Assembly (NCBI RefSeq): GCF_902652985.1
Contig: NC_047019.1
Span: 19,034,001 to 19,098,000 of the forward strand
Source: Pecten maximus
Taxonomy: Eukaryota
Direction of reading: 5' to 3'
DNA length: 64,000 nucleotides
The notes under the pieces are model-generated. The model made no database searches, was not told the origin of the DNA, and saw nothing but the letters and a program-made list of their open reading frames with translations. The translations under genes and the position numbers were made by a program. Shown piece by piece: positions 25,130 to 37,844 of this stretch. Every line of letters begins with the position of its first letter. The first letter of the stretch is position 1.

Positions 25130-26895
25130 ATTGTGTACCCGGGTATCGCATTTGAGCGCAGTATTGCGACCTCTTTTGTGAAGCCTGCTCTCAACATTTG
25201 ATTTGATTTTATGGACTGTTTACGAAAAACAAGAATAGAAAAATACCAATGAATTGCAATGAATAAGAATTCTACTTACTTTTGATCTGGTCATCGCAGT
25301 AACAGATTTAATTATTGATGCTAACTCTGCAAGACGATTTGGTCAATGTTTTCATATATGGTCTAATGTTATTTTACAAAAGTAAACGGCTGTAGTGTCA
25401 ATCAATGGAGACCATATGTAAACAAAATTATATGTTTGGTTAAAAGAATGAGAGATACGTAGCATTAGTTCGATTAAAGATTGATTGTGTCTGAGCGTGC
25501 TGTGGAAAGAAACTATGTGTTAGGGACTGTAAACCATAGAATGTTCGGGGATGCTGTATTGAAGTATTTTTAGGTATATTGGGGGCTATAGAACTATAGA
25601 AAGTTTATGGCAAAGGGAGACCATTGAAGTAGGAATAGATGGAGATCGACATTATAGGCGGTATATATACATGTACATATCTTTTCATTGACACAGGGCA
25701 TGAACAATATGTTTAGATAATTCACCACTAATGTATTCAGTGAATCCAACCTCGGTATTATGTCCCCTTTTATGAAAGTTTTATCGGTTCTATGGCCGTA
25801 TAACTTGATATCACAATGTCCTCAACTCTCATTCCTCCCAGCCTTGTCATTCTTCTGACAAAGATTCATTAATAATCGAATACAAATGATAGTGACGTCA
25901 CATTGATTTTGATTGATATAACTTAAACAAAGTCCATTGGTATGAGCTGGCCATACCTTGTCTTAACCATCCCATAACCATAGTTAAGTCCAATGTCTAA
26001 CTTCCCATCTTCGTTTATGGATTGCCGTAGAGTAGCATCAAGTAATGCTGACGAGTACTAGAAGGACAGAATATCTGGACTTTTAGCCTTACATTTATGA
26101 TTTTGTACCTATTTCATGAGTTAAAAGATAAATATTTAATAGTATTTTTAACATTTATGTATCTTTTGTGCAATCCATTGACTAGACACGAAGGTCTTCA
26201 TGCAAAACCAATCAACTATTCTAGAAGTAAATATTTTATTTTATTCATCTGACACATTCTGGTATTATTGCATGCCGTTATAGACAACTAGAACGTATTA
26301 CATACGTGATAAAGAAGTCATTTGTTTTGAAACAATGAGTAATATATTACTTAACATTTAGATATTTCACATGAATACTCCAATATGTTTTCATTTCTGT
26401 GTATCATTATCTGGTCGCGTATATTTACAATTATTAGATGCGCTGAAAAACCCAATCGAAGCTTATAACAATTGGAACTGTCATGACAAAATGATCACAT
26501 ATTTCGTTGCAGGTTGATCTTATGTTAAGATAACTACACTCCAAGTCAGCCGATGTACCAGATTGTAATTCAGAGGGATTGCTCCTCCGCGTGATAGACA
26601 TCAAATATGAAATAAAATTCCATATGGTACATGTAACAATACGTTTCGCCAGATTTACCATCTATAACATTTCTATTTCCTTGATACTGCTTTAACTTCG
26701 GTTAACAAATATTAATATCCTGACATGGTCTATCTAGAACTTGATGGAATTTGCTTCCTGTTCCTCCTTCTTCTCATCACGCTGTTTCAACACAACTGTT
26801 ATCAGATTATCTAGTAATAAAATAGCAGTTTTAAAATGGTATGGTTCTAATTCTATCGGCGTTTTCAATCATCCAGAGTACTGCGTTTGTGTTGG
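25130..26895 (+). pseudogene. Diverged tandem duplicate of mytilectin-1 intron 2 segment plus terminal exon and 3' UTR (orphan or alternative last exon at 26513)
   Basis: 25130-26100 aligns by eye to 19930-20810, and 26510-26895 to 22797-23110 (CAGGTTGATC..TCCAAGTCAGCCGATGTACC..CAGAGGGATTGCTCCTC..GTGATAGACATCA..AATAAAATT). No lectin coding exon seen upstream. Confidence 0.7.
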
Positions 26896-27603
26896 TGAAA
26901 GGCAAATCAAATTATAGGTCATGTTTTTGAACGAATGGCTTTGTGACAAAGTTTTCGAGAAATATATGCTATATTCAAAGGGAAACCATTCAATATCTTC
27001 TATATACTTTTTTCTCGCTAAAACTGCCTTAGATTGTATCAACAAGCAATGATGACTTTGGCATTGACCACATAACAACCGAATTCTTTAAAAAAGGAAA
27101 ACCACATTTACATACTTAAAAAAGTTTTTTTGTTTTAAACGCGAAACAATTAGGAACAAAACGCCCGATTTTTTGCCAGCAGTTATTACCCTATTTACAC
27201 TTAGCCGACAGTTTGTAATTCACGGCTTTTCAACAATAAGATTTCTCTGCTCTTTGACGCAGTGAGTGAGAAATATTTAGTGTACTTATTCGAGGGTGTC
27301 GTGTATTCGTTCACTGCCTTTTGAAACATACAGAATTTTTCTAACGAGATGGGAAAAAAATGCACACACATATGTTATTGAATTACTGCTTCAATTTGTT
27401 TGATAGATGAACGTGTAGATGCATATTTGCATAATAAATTGGACTGCGCCTCACGATCGTTCTGTTTCCATGGCAATACATGGATGTGAACTGTATTTGG
27501 CTATGCATGAAGCAATATTGGCCAGGAACGGACAAAAGTACATGATCACAGACAGAGATAACAGACGGAGATTTCAGGGTCTGACAATCATAGTATCTTT
27601 TTA

Positions 27604-27725
27604 AATGACGTAACCAACAAATACTCCTGTATATAAGGTATGAAGTGGCCAAAGAGGCTGGATTTCTTCAGAACGGCGCAGATAATCTCAGGAGGACGAC
27701 CAGGCATATCAGGAATACACCGAAG
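27604..27725 (+). promoter_or_regulatory. Promoter and non-coding exon 1 of mytilectin gene 2
   Basis: ATF/CRE-like TGACGTAA (27606), TATATAA (27630-27636), Inr-like TCAG near 27668, donor at 27726, acceptor TTTTCTCTTTTAG| ending at 28565. Confidence 0.65.
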
Positions 27726-28599
27726 GTTCGTATCTTACTTTCTAACTGTAGCGGCATTGGCATAGTTTACATACTGTAAAAGTATATCTTTGGTATGTTA
27801 TCAATATTATCAATGAAAAATATATTTACACCTAACATTATTCAAAACAACGAAATATATAATCATATATATGAGCATTAACAAAAAACATTTTGCAGTC
27901 TAAGACGAAATACAATTATATTATCACGTGAACTGATATTATCCAAATACGACCGTGATACAAGAATAGATGTGCAGCCTCGGTTCAACATTTTTCATCC
28001 GTATACAAAACATTTCTATATGGGAAAGTCAATAATCGTGTATGCAATGCAATCTAATGCAGATTCGTTGACTTTGTTCAGTCGCATGTATTAGTTAATA
28101 TATCATAGTAGATTAACTCAAATTCATCAAGAATTTCGGATGCCTGATATAGAGCATATGAAAATCAAAGATTGTTTATTAAAGCGGGTGTGATTCAATA
28201 ATTTCCTTGCAGCGACATATAAAAGATTATTTAATGAATTTCCAAATCAAACGCTTGATTACAATGTAATGCATTCTGGAAGAAAACGTAGCAGCATAAA
28301 GCTTAAAAACATATTGGATGAAACATATTTGGATAAAATCGTTCAGGTTATAAAGGAGTAGATTAAATTAGTACACGAGATAGGGTACAAACGCTTCTTG
28401 TTTTCATTTTATATCATGTTCTTCCTGTAGCAAGCCTTTGTAGGGATGTGAAATCATACTTATGTTAACATTAAGCAATGCAATGAAATACTTTGGTATG
28501 CAAATCATGAACGATAGTAGGAGTTAAGCAAGACATCGTGATTTTTAAGCTGTTTTCTCTTTTAGCATCGCATACAAGGAAGAAAATAGAGCTGAAATC

Positions 28600-29034
28600 A
28601 TGACGACCTTTGTTATCAAACACCAGACCTCTGGAAAGTTCATCCATCCTCAAGGAGGTTCTCTTACCCCGTGCGACGAAACTGCGCTGGTGTTGCACCA
28701 AGACGTACATAGCGGCATGCACTTTGCATTCGACGCAACATGCAATGGATACGGCTACATCCGACACGTCGGAAGTGGAAAATGCATCCATCCCAAAGGA
28801 GGAGCCAGTACCCCGTGCAACGAAACTGAACTCGTTCTCAACGGAGATCGCCATAATGGTGCCCTATTCTGTATAGATACGTGCAACAAGCGCATTCAAC
28901 ACCATGGCGGGAAATACATCCATCCCCAGGGAGGCCAGGCCAACCCATGCAACGATACCAAAATGGTGTTACATGGTGACTGTCATGACAATATGAAGCT
29001 CCTGATCGTTTCTCCATCCAACACTTGCGAGGAG
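28600..29034 (+). CDS. Mytilectin gene 2 (Cys-rich), main coding exon (145 codons)
   Basis: MTTFVIKHQTSGKFIHPQGG..LHQDVH..HPKGG..HPQGGQANP..LHGDCH: three mytilectin subdomains. Phase-0 donor GAG|GTAAAT at 29035, the same codon position as in gene 1. Confidence 0.93.
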
Positions 29035-29273
29035 GTAAATATGTTTTGTCTGACAAAAATATCAGTAATGCTGCTTAAACCAACATAATATTTCCTTATC
29101 GATTGTCTGTATAGTTATATTACTTATACTAATACAAATCGAGCCTGATTCAGTGTTCCATTACATATTTGTATATATCAATATGTTTTAATAGTTTTGT
29201 CATTTTCTTTCCACCATCAAACTGATAGAAATCACAAAGCTTATAACATTGTTTCTGTTTGCATTGATTGTAG

Positions 29274-29285
29274 ATCTGTCCATAG
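29274..29285 (+). CDS. Mytilectin gene 2 terminal coding micro-exon (I-C-P-stop)
   Basis: GTTTCTGTTTGCATTGATTGTAG|ATC TGT CCA TAG parallels the V-D-P-stop exon of gene 1; total 148 aa. Confidence 0.7.
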   Translation: MCP

Positions 29286-29754
29286 AGTATGCTATGCCAA
29301 ATACACGTCACTCGGAAACCGCTGGTGATCAACTGATGGATCCAAATTATACCCCAAGAATGTATCTCTAAATGACGGATGCACCAGACTCTCGGACCTA
29401 AACAGCTTAAAGTATTATCCCACCATGCGTCTATAGCTTATTTACGACATTGGATGAATGAAAGAATTACAAGCCATTCGCAGATTAAATATATTTCTCC
29501 GTCTTTAAATTAGGTGATTAAAGCTTTGTTGAATACTCTCGTGCTTAGTAATCTAAGGCCATGTCTTGTTTGATCGACCTCTCTTACAACCGAGCCTTTC
29601 TGGGATAAATCTATATCGTATCTAAGATAATCTTGCTATTTCAAAATTTTTTTGTGTGCTATTAATAAAAGCCTTAATCAATTACCTGTTTACTGTTTTG
29701 TTTTTTTTTGTTTTTTTTTGTTTGTTTTTGTTTGTTTTTTGCTGGGCATGTTAT

Positions 29755-29970
29755 GAATAAAATATTAGCCCCTATTCCTAATTATAGAAAAAATATTAGC
29801 CCCTACTCCTAATTATAGAAAAAAATAATAGCCCCTACTCTTACTTATAGAAAAAATATTAGCCTCTACTCTTACTTATAGTGGGAGTAGGGGTTAATAT
29901 GTTTTGTTCTATAAGTAGGAGTAAGGGCTAATATTTTTTTTCTAGAAGGAGAAGTGGGGGCTTATATTTT
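29755..29970. repeat. Foldback-like array of ~33-bp units: 4 direct units followed by inverted units
   Basis: AAAATATTAGCCCCTACTCCTAATTATAG x4, then reverse-complement copies such as CTATAAGTAGGAGTAAGGGCTAATATTTT. Confidence 0.8.
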
Positions 29971-30194
29971 ATGATATTACTGTGTAGTTCATGCTCATAG
30001 GGAAATACATGTAGTTACATCTGAAAAACGGAACTATTAGATGTTAATTAGAATTAGGGCTAGATCTACATTCTATACACGAACATAATTTAAAGCAGCT
30101 TGGTAGCAAATATCGATGTTACTATGCTATCACATTTTCTAATTCAGTGCCCAGCGTTATACAAAAGTCGTTATAATCTTCTTGAATGGCTTTG

Positions 30195-30585
30195 TTAAAG
30201 GGACTAAATGGCTAAATTTTCTCTTAAATAATTTATAAAAAAGGGTATAAGATTTAAAATGATGTAAAAAGTTATGCACTTTATGTTAATTATAAATTTC
30301 AAAAGTGTCCATAACAATTTGTTTAAAAATAATAAAAGAAATGAAATAAATATGAACAATCTAGCAACTATTTCATATAATTATTTTTCGATGTGTGTAA
30401 ACAAACACCTATGATTACCTATGCGCATGCGCGATGCGGGAAATTCAGCGAAAATTCGAAGTTGATAAACATTGCCAATATTTTACAAAAAGTGCCATAA
30501 TTTTGTAAACAATCTATTTTCAGTATCACAACGCTTTCCAGAAATCAAATGCATGAAGAAATAATCTAACCATTTAGTCCCTTAA
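30195..30585. mobile_element. TTAA-flanked MITE (Kolobok/piggyBac-like), ~390 bp
   Basis: Left TTAA-AGGGACTAAATGG, right CCATTTAGTCCCT-TAA (13-bp perfect TIR); central ATGCGCATGCGC palindrome. Confidence 0.75.
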
Positions 30586-32944
30586 TGTTCTAGATGTATC
30601 AGATTATGTCAAATTTGATAATCCACCAGATGAAAGGCAATGCCAATTTATTCTCGAAAGCCAAAATGACATCCATTTGGATCGCGTCACGTGGGATGTA
30701 CTGATGGTGAACATGGCCGATCTGCTACCCGTGATGATCTTGGGGATGAACATTTTACTATTACCTTTTATCTAGACTGTATAATGATCTTATTTGATTT
30801 AAAAAAAAAGATAAGGCTTTATTTATGTAAATCTCTTCAAAGAGGAAATAAAGTCTGTCTGTCTGTCTGCCTATCTATGATTTATTTAAACATTCAACGA
30901 AAGCTCGTAGATATATCCACCCCTACATTTCACTTAATGACAGCTAAAACAATGTCTGTATCTCATTTATAACATCCAGATATACAGACCATGTAATATC
31001 TTACCCGTTAAGCATGATGTAGATACCACACGATTTGAATTTTTTTTTAAAAGTTTGACTTTAATTTGTTTCCGACTGGTAGTCTCCCAAGCTTCATCAC
31101 GTAGGTGTTTTATCTGCAGGTATACCTGGTTCGTGTATACATGTAAAACATTTTGCCGACAATATTTTTATTTATGTTCTTGTTTGGGTTATGATATATC
31201 TACCTGTTATCACTACGTTAAACTTAAATGTGGCAACCCTACATCACCTGATACAATCGATATGGTAATCAGAGGTCACGACGACGGTCATTTTTGTATA
31301 GTTACACTAGTATTTCGACATGCATGGCTGTGTATATAAATAAATTATAAGAACATCAAATGGTGATCACGTGATGTGTTTTGCTCAGTGTTAGTTGTTG
31401 GTTTGAAATATCGAACATCTGTTTATAGGCAACGAATGGAGTTATTTTCGACCTTTAGATCTAGTCTAGTTCAGGATGACGAAAGGGGTAATGTTATAAA
31501 TGATTTTGAGTAATTTAGAGTAGTGCTGACGATTTCATTAACTATAGTTAGTAGTTAGTAACGACGAGTGTTATTAATCAATGATTGTTTTCACCGATGA
31601 AAAGCTTCGAATGTAAGACGATATCGTAAAGAAGCCTTACCAGGTACTCGCCTTACGGCATAAATGACTCACAGGAAAAAAAAGAACATAAGCCGCGGCA
31701 TTTTATTGTCGATTTTATAGTATTTCAATAAAATTCTCATAATAGGTAAATGCACATGACACTGCAGCTGCCGACATGGCGCCAGTATTACTACTTTAGG
31801 AAACCAATTGACATTATTTTTTCATTATTTGTAAATACTATTTGTGTTATCAGGGTGCAAAATTACTCAATAGATGACACAAGATATATTTATAGCAATG
31901 AAATTTTCATGTAATCCGAACAAAAATAGAATCAATGCAACATATTTCATTTATCATTTACAATATATTGTATACAAAGTTCATTATAGTTGGTGTACAT
32001 TGTTGGAAGGTGTCCAGTGTCGTCCTCGCTTCCTCAAACCATTAGGGTAAAACATGATATTACACAATAGGTATCTGTTACCTGGCGTATCCGACACATA
32101 TACACACATACGTTATAGTACATGTTAGTCGGCGTTAATGTTAAACGGATCCAATAGATTGCGTGTAAGGTGAAGAGAAATTAGGCAGTAACATCAGAGC
32201 CTAAATTAATCTTACGAAGACTGATGTTGATTTTTGAATCTATTTTCGTTCGAGGATTGCAATTAATTTACTCTCGCATTTCTCCAAGTAACATCGATAT
32301 TTGCTACCAAGCTGCTACAAATTCTATGTTAGTGTACATAATAATTTGTTTGAATGTTTTTAGATTAAGATATACAAATTGTATTATTGTATCTGATCAC
32401 GAATTAGGAAATAAATCCATATCAATGAAACCTTGTACGTAATCATACAAAGTATACAACTTATAAATATGAATATCTACATTGTACAAATGTAGATAGA
32501 GTTGCTAGGCAGCTGCACTGCTGATATCTTATGTACAATTCAGTTCCGGAAAATAATAGTCATATTTACTGATAAATATTGTTAGATTTTTTGTTGTTAA
32601 TTTTGTAGCATACACGATGCAAATAAAAACTATATTCCCATGTAATGCATATATAAATATGATATATGCACACCATTCCGGTCGACCACGTAACAATAGA
32701 CCAATGTGTTAGACGTACAAAAGACGTTTTTCCTTTTAGGACATTCTGGTCTTATCTGCCTTGCACGTTTTCAAGGATATCCATGCCAATCTACTTTTGT
32801 TTATATCTGGCCCTTGTTCTATCGATCTTGAATTGTACTACGTTTTCATTTGCATGTTGGTATTCTCTGTTTTGTATGACATTGACCATTAGAGTGGAAC
32901 ACACCAGATGCAGCAGTAAAAAAGGAGAGTAGTGAAAAAAGCCC

Positions 32945-33043
32945 TTTAAAATGAATTTCAAAATGGCTGCCATGGCGGCAATCTTGGATTTCGGACCGAC
33001 CTGAAAAAAGAACATCCTGGCCTTCGGGTCAGATGACCTAAAA
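32945..33043 (-). mobile_element. Truncated end of Helentron/HINE-like element, same family as 2477-3035
   Basis: Reverse complement reads TTTTAGGTCATCTGACCCGAAGG, with an internal CCAAGAT(T)GCCGCCATGGCAGCCATTTTG motif. Confidence 0.6.
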
Positions 33044-34340
33044 GCCAATAATATTGATAATAAGTTATGTGTTAACCTACTGATATGATAATTTAGGTTC
33101 TTAGGATTCGTCGATGATCTAGCAGCCAAAGGTGCAGACATCCAGAATGGGTCTGCAAAAGGTTAGATATACAAATGTTTCAAGTGAGAATTCAAATGTT
33201 GCACATCTCGAAAAATATTATTACATAAGTATGAATATGCTTAACAGGTGCTAAAATCAATAAAATAATTTGAATGTAATTAAAGAAGAATAACTACATT
33301 TCAGCTGTCAATTCTCGACTATTTGCCCATATAACGGTAATGTAACGTGTACGATTCCTCTGCTATTGTTTAATTGATATTGTAATATAGCTGGGGTGTT
33401 TCCTTTATTTTCATTGGCCAGTTTACTGCTTTCATCTCAAGGACCTTTGAGTCAGTAGACCTGTTCGTGCTAATAATAGCTCAGCTGGGAAATTCCCCAG
33501 GCATTGCGTGCCAATTTGAAAACTTTAGTGAACATGATTTGGATAGGAGCCTTGGATGTTTTTTTCTATTTATATGTTTTAGTTGGCCATATTACAAAAC
33601 AACTATTGCCTTTTGTGTTCGGTGTACAATATCAGATACAGCATTTATTACATAATGTATAAGATAACGAATGAACGAGATGTACTTATATTGATCAGTC
33701 AAACTATGTCTGATAACTGAAAAAAAAAACAAAAAAACATTATGATTATAATTTAAATGTTTGCCTTACAAATCTAAAGCACATGTTTTTAGATACGGAA
33801 AAGAAACCAGCCATTGTGTGCTTCTTACAATAACTGTATTAAGGTTATTGATTAAAACATTAATCTTAGATTTTGAATAGCTGGATAAATACCACAACAA
33901 CTCGGTTAAAAGCCTATGATATGTACACCAGCTAGATTGCTTATCGACTGATAGAAGCCGTCGTTATAAATTTGTTCCTGGAATCAGTGAAATAAAATGA
34001 AAAAAAAAGTTCTATAGATAGAAGCATGATCCAACTCTCTTTTTTGGGGTGGTTTTCCAGCTATATTTAGAGTCTTACAAAGAAAACACAAAAATACTCT
34101 GTATTTTCCTATACATTTAAAGAATGATGAAATCGAATGACAGCTGGATAATGTAGCTAACACATGACTCACCATGCATTATGAAGAACTTTCGTTTTCA
34201 AATAGGCTAATTTTGCGTTTACAAAACATGCTTTGTAACCTTTATTTCAAAGACATTAATAATGTCAATGAGTTACCGAATACTATAATGTAAACACATC
34301 AAATTTATCCGTAAGAAGCATCATACCGGGTTTTAATGTA

Positions 34341-35760
34341 TACTAGCGGAAAAAAAGAACTGCAAGTTCGGTTTTTCTAACACAACTTTTAGATACGTGG
34401 TCTAAATTCAATTAAATTTCCCACAGAGCTACCTCAGTGAACTGAAAAAGTTCTTCATTTAAAATTCAGCCGACCGTGACCCCACTTGACGCTGCGTACT
34501 TTCAGCAGATTTTTCAAGAAAGCGTGCATCCGTGGGGTTCTCTTGCACCATTTGTGCTGCTAAATCATTACAAATCGAACATTGGAATAGTACAGATCAG
34601 TTAAACAGCATTTCTTTTCGAAGCGATTTTACAGCGAAATGCCGCGATTGAGTGAAGTCGATCGTGATAGGGTCTTTTATCTGATAATGCAGGGGCATTC
34701 ACAAAGTCATGTAGCAATATACAGCAATATGGTGTACATGAGACAACAATATCTCGTTTAGTTGGACGTCTCAGAGTGACATTGTGATTCGTTGACCGTC
34801 CAAGGAGCGGGACCCGCTCATTACGTCGCAACGTCAAGATAGAGGCATACGTCTCTCGCACCTCCGTAACCTATTTCAGACGGCGACCCCGACACTCCTG
34901 GTCGATTAGAGTGCCCATGAACGGTTAAGAATGTAGTTACTGCTTGTAAATGCACCTAACCGACTTCGTATGGCCCATTGTAGACCCGTGTTATTCACAA
35001 ACGAGTCTCGCTTTACGTTTAACAGGTCAGATGGACGACAAAATGTCTATCGCCGTCGTGGTGAGCAATATTCTGACGTTTGCTTAACGGAAAGTGGCAT
35101 ATTCGGGGGAGGGTATGTGATGGCATGGACAGGGATATCTCAAGTCGTGAAAACACCTCTCGTGGTTATCCATGGTAATCTTATAGCAGTAAAATATCGG
35201 GATCAGGTCGTCAGACCACACGTTCTTCCTCTTATCAAACAACGCAACCAACACTTTGTTACAGCAGGACAACGCGAGGCCCCATGTTGCTAGGGTTTGT
35301 CGAGACGTTCTTGCTCAAAACAACATTCCAGTTCTTGAGTAGCCACCATACAGTCCAGATATGTTCTCAATTGAGTATATTTTGGACGAGCTAGACAAGA
35401 GGATTAGGAAGCGGTCTAACGCCCCTAACGTTGTTCATTTCACACAGGTCCTTATTCAGGAGTTGAAAAAATATCCCTAAAAGGGCAATATACACCGTGA
35501 TGGGGTCAATGTTAAAAAAGAACAGCGACTGATGCCAGGAATGGACACACGCTGCTGAACTGGATCACAAAACAGCGTATGGTACCCTTGTTTTAACAAT
35601 ATTCACGCAGACACCGTCTGTGATAGGACACCAAAATTCATCAAAATGTATGCAGTTATGATGAAATAATCGAGAAACCATAACCATAAGCACATCATCA
35701 AAGACGAATATAGAATAATAACTAACGACAATAAACTTGCGCTTCTTTGTTCCGCTAGCA
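34341..35760 (+). mobile_element. Decayed Tc1/mariner DNA transposon (~1.42 kb) with both TIRs and TA target duplication
   Basis: Left TA|TACTAGCGGAAAAAAAGAACTGCAAGTT, right AACTTGCGCTTCTTTGTTCCGCTAGCA|TA. Transposase pieces VLFTNESRF..GGGYVMAW..QQDNARPH..LE*PPYSPDMFSIEYI, with frameshifts and stops. Confidence 0.92.
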
Positions 35761-36050
35761 TATATCACCAGAGTATTACAAGGTTTTACTTCAGAGAGCG
35801 TGATACCGATTTTTAATGTATATTACCAGGGTATTACAAGGTTTTACTTCAGAGAGCGTGATACCGAGTTTTAATGTATATTACCAGGGTATTACAAGGT
35901 TTTACTTCAGTGAACGTGATACCGAGTTTTAATGTTTATCACCAGGGTATTACAAGGTTTTACTTCAGTGAACGTGATACCGAGTTTTAATGTATATCAC
36001 CAGGGTATTACAAGGTTTTCTTCAGAAAGCCTGATATATCGAGTTTTAAG
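35761..36050. repeat. 58-bp minisatellite (~5 units)
   Basis: TATTACAAGGTTTTACTTCAG recurs at 35774, 35832, 35890 and onward. Confidence 0.9.
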
Positions 36051-37844
36051 CCACCACATATTTACATTATGCAACTCCATATCTCTGAGCGGAAGTTTAT
36101 TGAACGTTTTACTATCACGCAGAGTCGTCACTATATCGATATTTTGAATGTTTGCTGTATATAGTTACTGTAGTATGTTGAAATCTCAAAATAACTTTCG
36201 AGTCGTTATACGATTATATTTTATTTGCTGCTTTAAAGTGGGTCGGGAATCAATCTAAATGCTAAGCTTTATTGTATACAATCTGTTAAACAGATGGTTG
36301 TGCTAAAAGTTTGATTCTACCATGTTTTGTATTATTTCTCAGAAGGGATATTACAAATATGCTAACAATACGTATCAACGGAATAGATATATTCTAAGTA
36401 GTTGTATGTTTTCGGTAAACTCAAATCCGAAAGAACAATTATGAATGAAGTAGCATGTTTGCGTTGCCTGGAGTAGTCAAAATACTAGTATTTATAATTT
36501 TCAGCCATTGAGAAATCTGAAATAAATAAACTTCTATCACCAGGAAAATTATTGACCTATTTTAAAATGTTTAAAATATGTGTTTTGTGATAACAGTTAA
36601 TAGTATCTAGTACAAAACGAAATGTTTTCGATTTATACAACTATTTCGTTACATTTTCAGATAAACGTAGTTCTACCTGTACAAAATGTAGTCGCAGGCT
36701 TTTTTTAATGATACCTAATGGTGACTCAGACGTACAAACAAGAAGAATCCGATAAAAAGCCAGTACACTTTACGTAAACAACTACAGAAAAGGACATTAA
36801 CTTCATATAAATTTAAATTTAAAGACAAATTCTTAAATTGCACGAATCAATCAGCAGGTCTTAAAATACAACTTTCACATCATTACACGACAAATGTTAA
36901 AGCTGGTAGTTTCCGTCGTCGCAGCCAATCCCACATTGAATACTCCAAAAATGTATTTCAAATTTGTAAACTCTCACAAAATAAATGGAAATTAAGTTAA
37001 TATATTCAATCTTATGTACGTTTATTCCCATTTGTCCATACGTGTTTGTGATACAAAACAACAAATACGAAGAATGAATCAACCTAGTGTAAACGGACAT
37101 GGTTGTGTTGACATAGTCGTTGATAAAGGCTAGCGACTTTCTGATCAGATATAAATATATTTTTCTAAGAAAATGTGAACATTATCAATATTCTTCTGGG
37201 TATAGTAAATTATGTTTAACGTACATACCCATTGTATAGTCTGTCTATTTAAATCGTGTCTATTTAAATCATGGATTTCCAGCTAGATTGCAAAATCTTA
37301 AAAATACATATGCGCATTTGTTATTTTTATAGATCTTGCACGCTTCTGCACAACTCTGCTTAACAAATATTGCACTGAATCCGTATACATTATCATGCAT
37401 CGAACTGTAACAAACGTTCATCAAAAAATTGCTCACCAACTTAATAATCCCATTTTCAGAGATATGAGCAGATTATGATAAAAAGTATCAACACAAAATT
37501 GGCTGTTGACTTGAAATTCACTTATTCGCTTTAATGATTTGTTTGATGTATATAGGTATTGAGGAAAGGGCTTAAAAATAAATTGATAAAAAATGTAAAA
37601 AAAAAAAAAAAATAGAAAAAGTCGCTAATTCACATGACGCATTTTAAAGCACTTGGTTGACACATCCCTAGGCATTCATAGCATGTCTATAAATAGTGTT
37701 GTAACACCATATCATAAAAGAATCATGGTACTTAAAATGTTAATTATAGGATTGTTATTGAAATGGCAAATAGGAAAGGCAACAAGCTATTGTTTTAATT
37801 AATAAAACCATGTGCTTTCAATTCATAGATAGATAGATACAACA

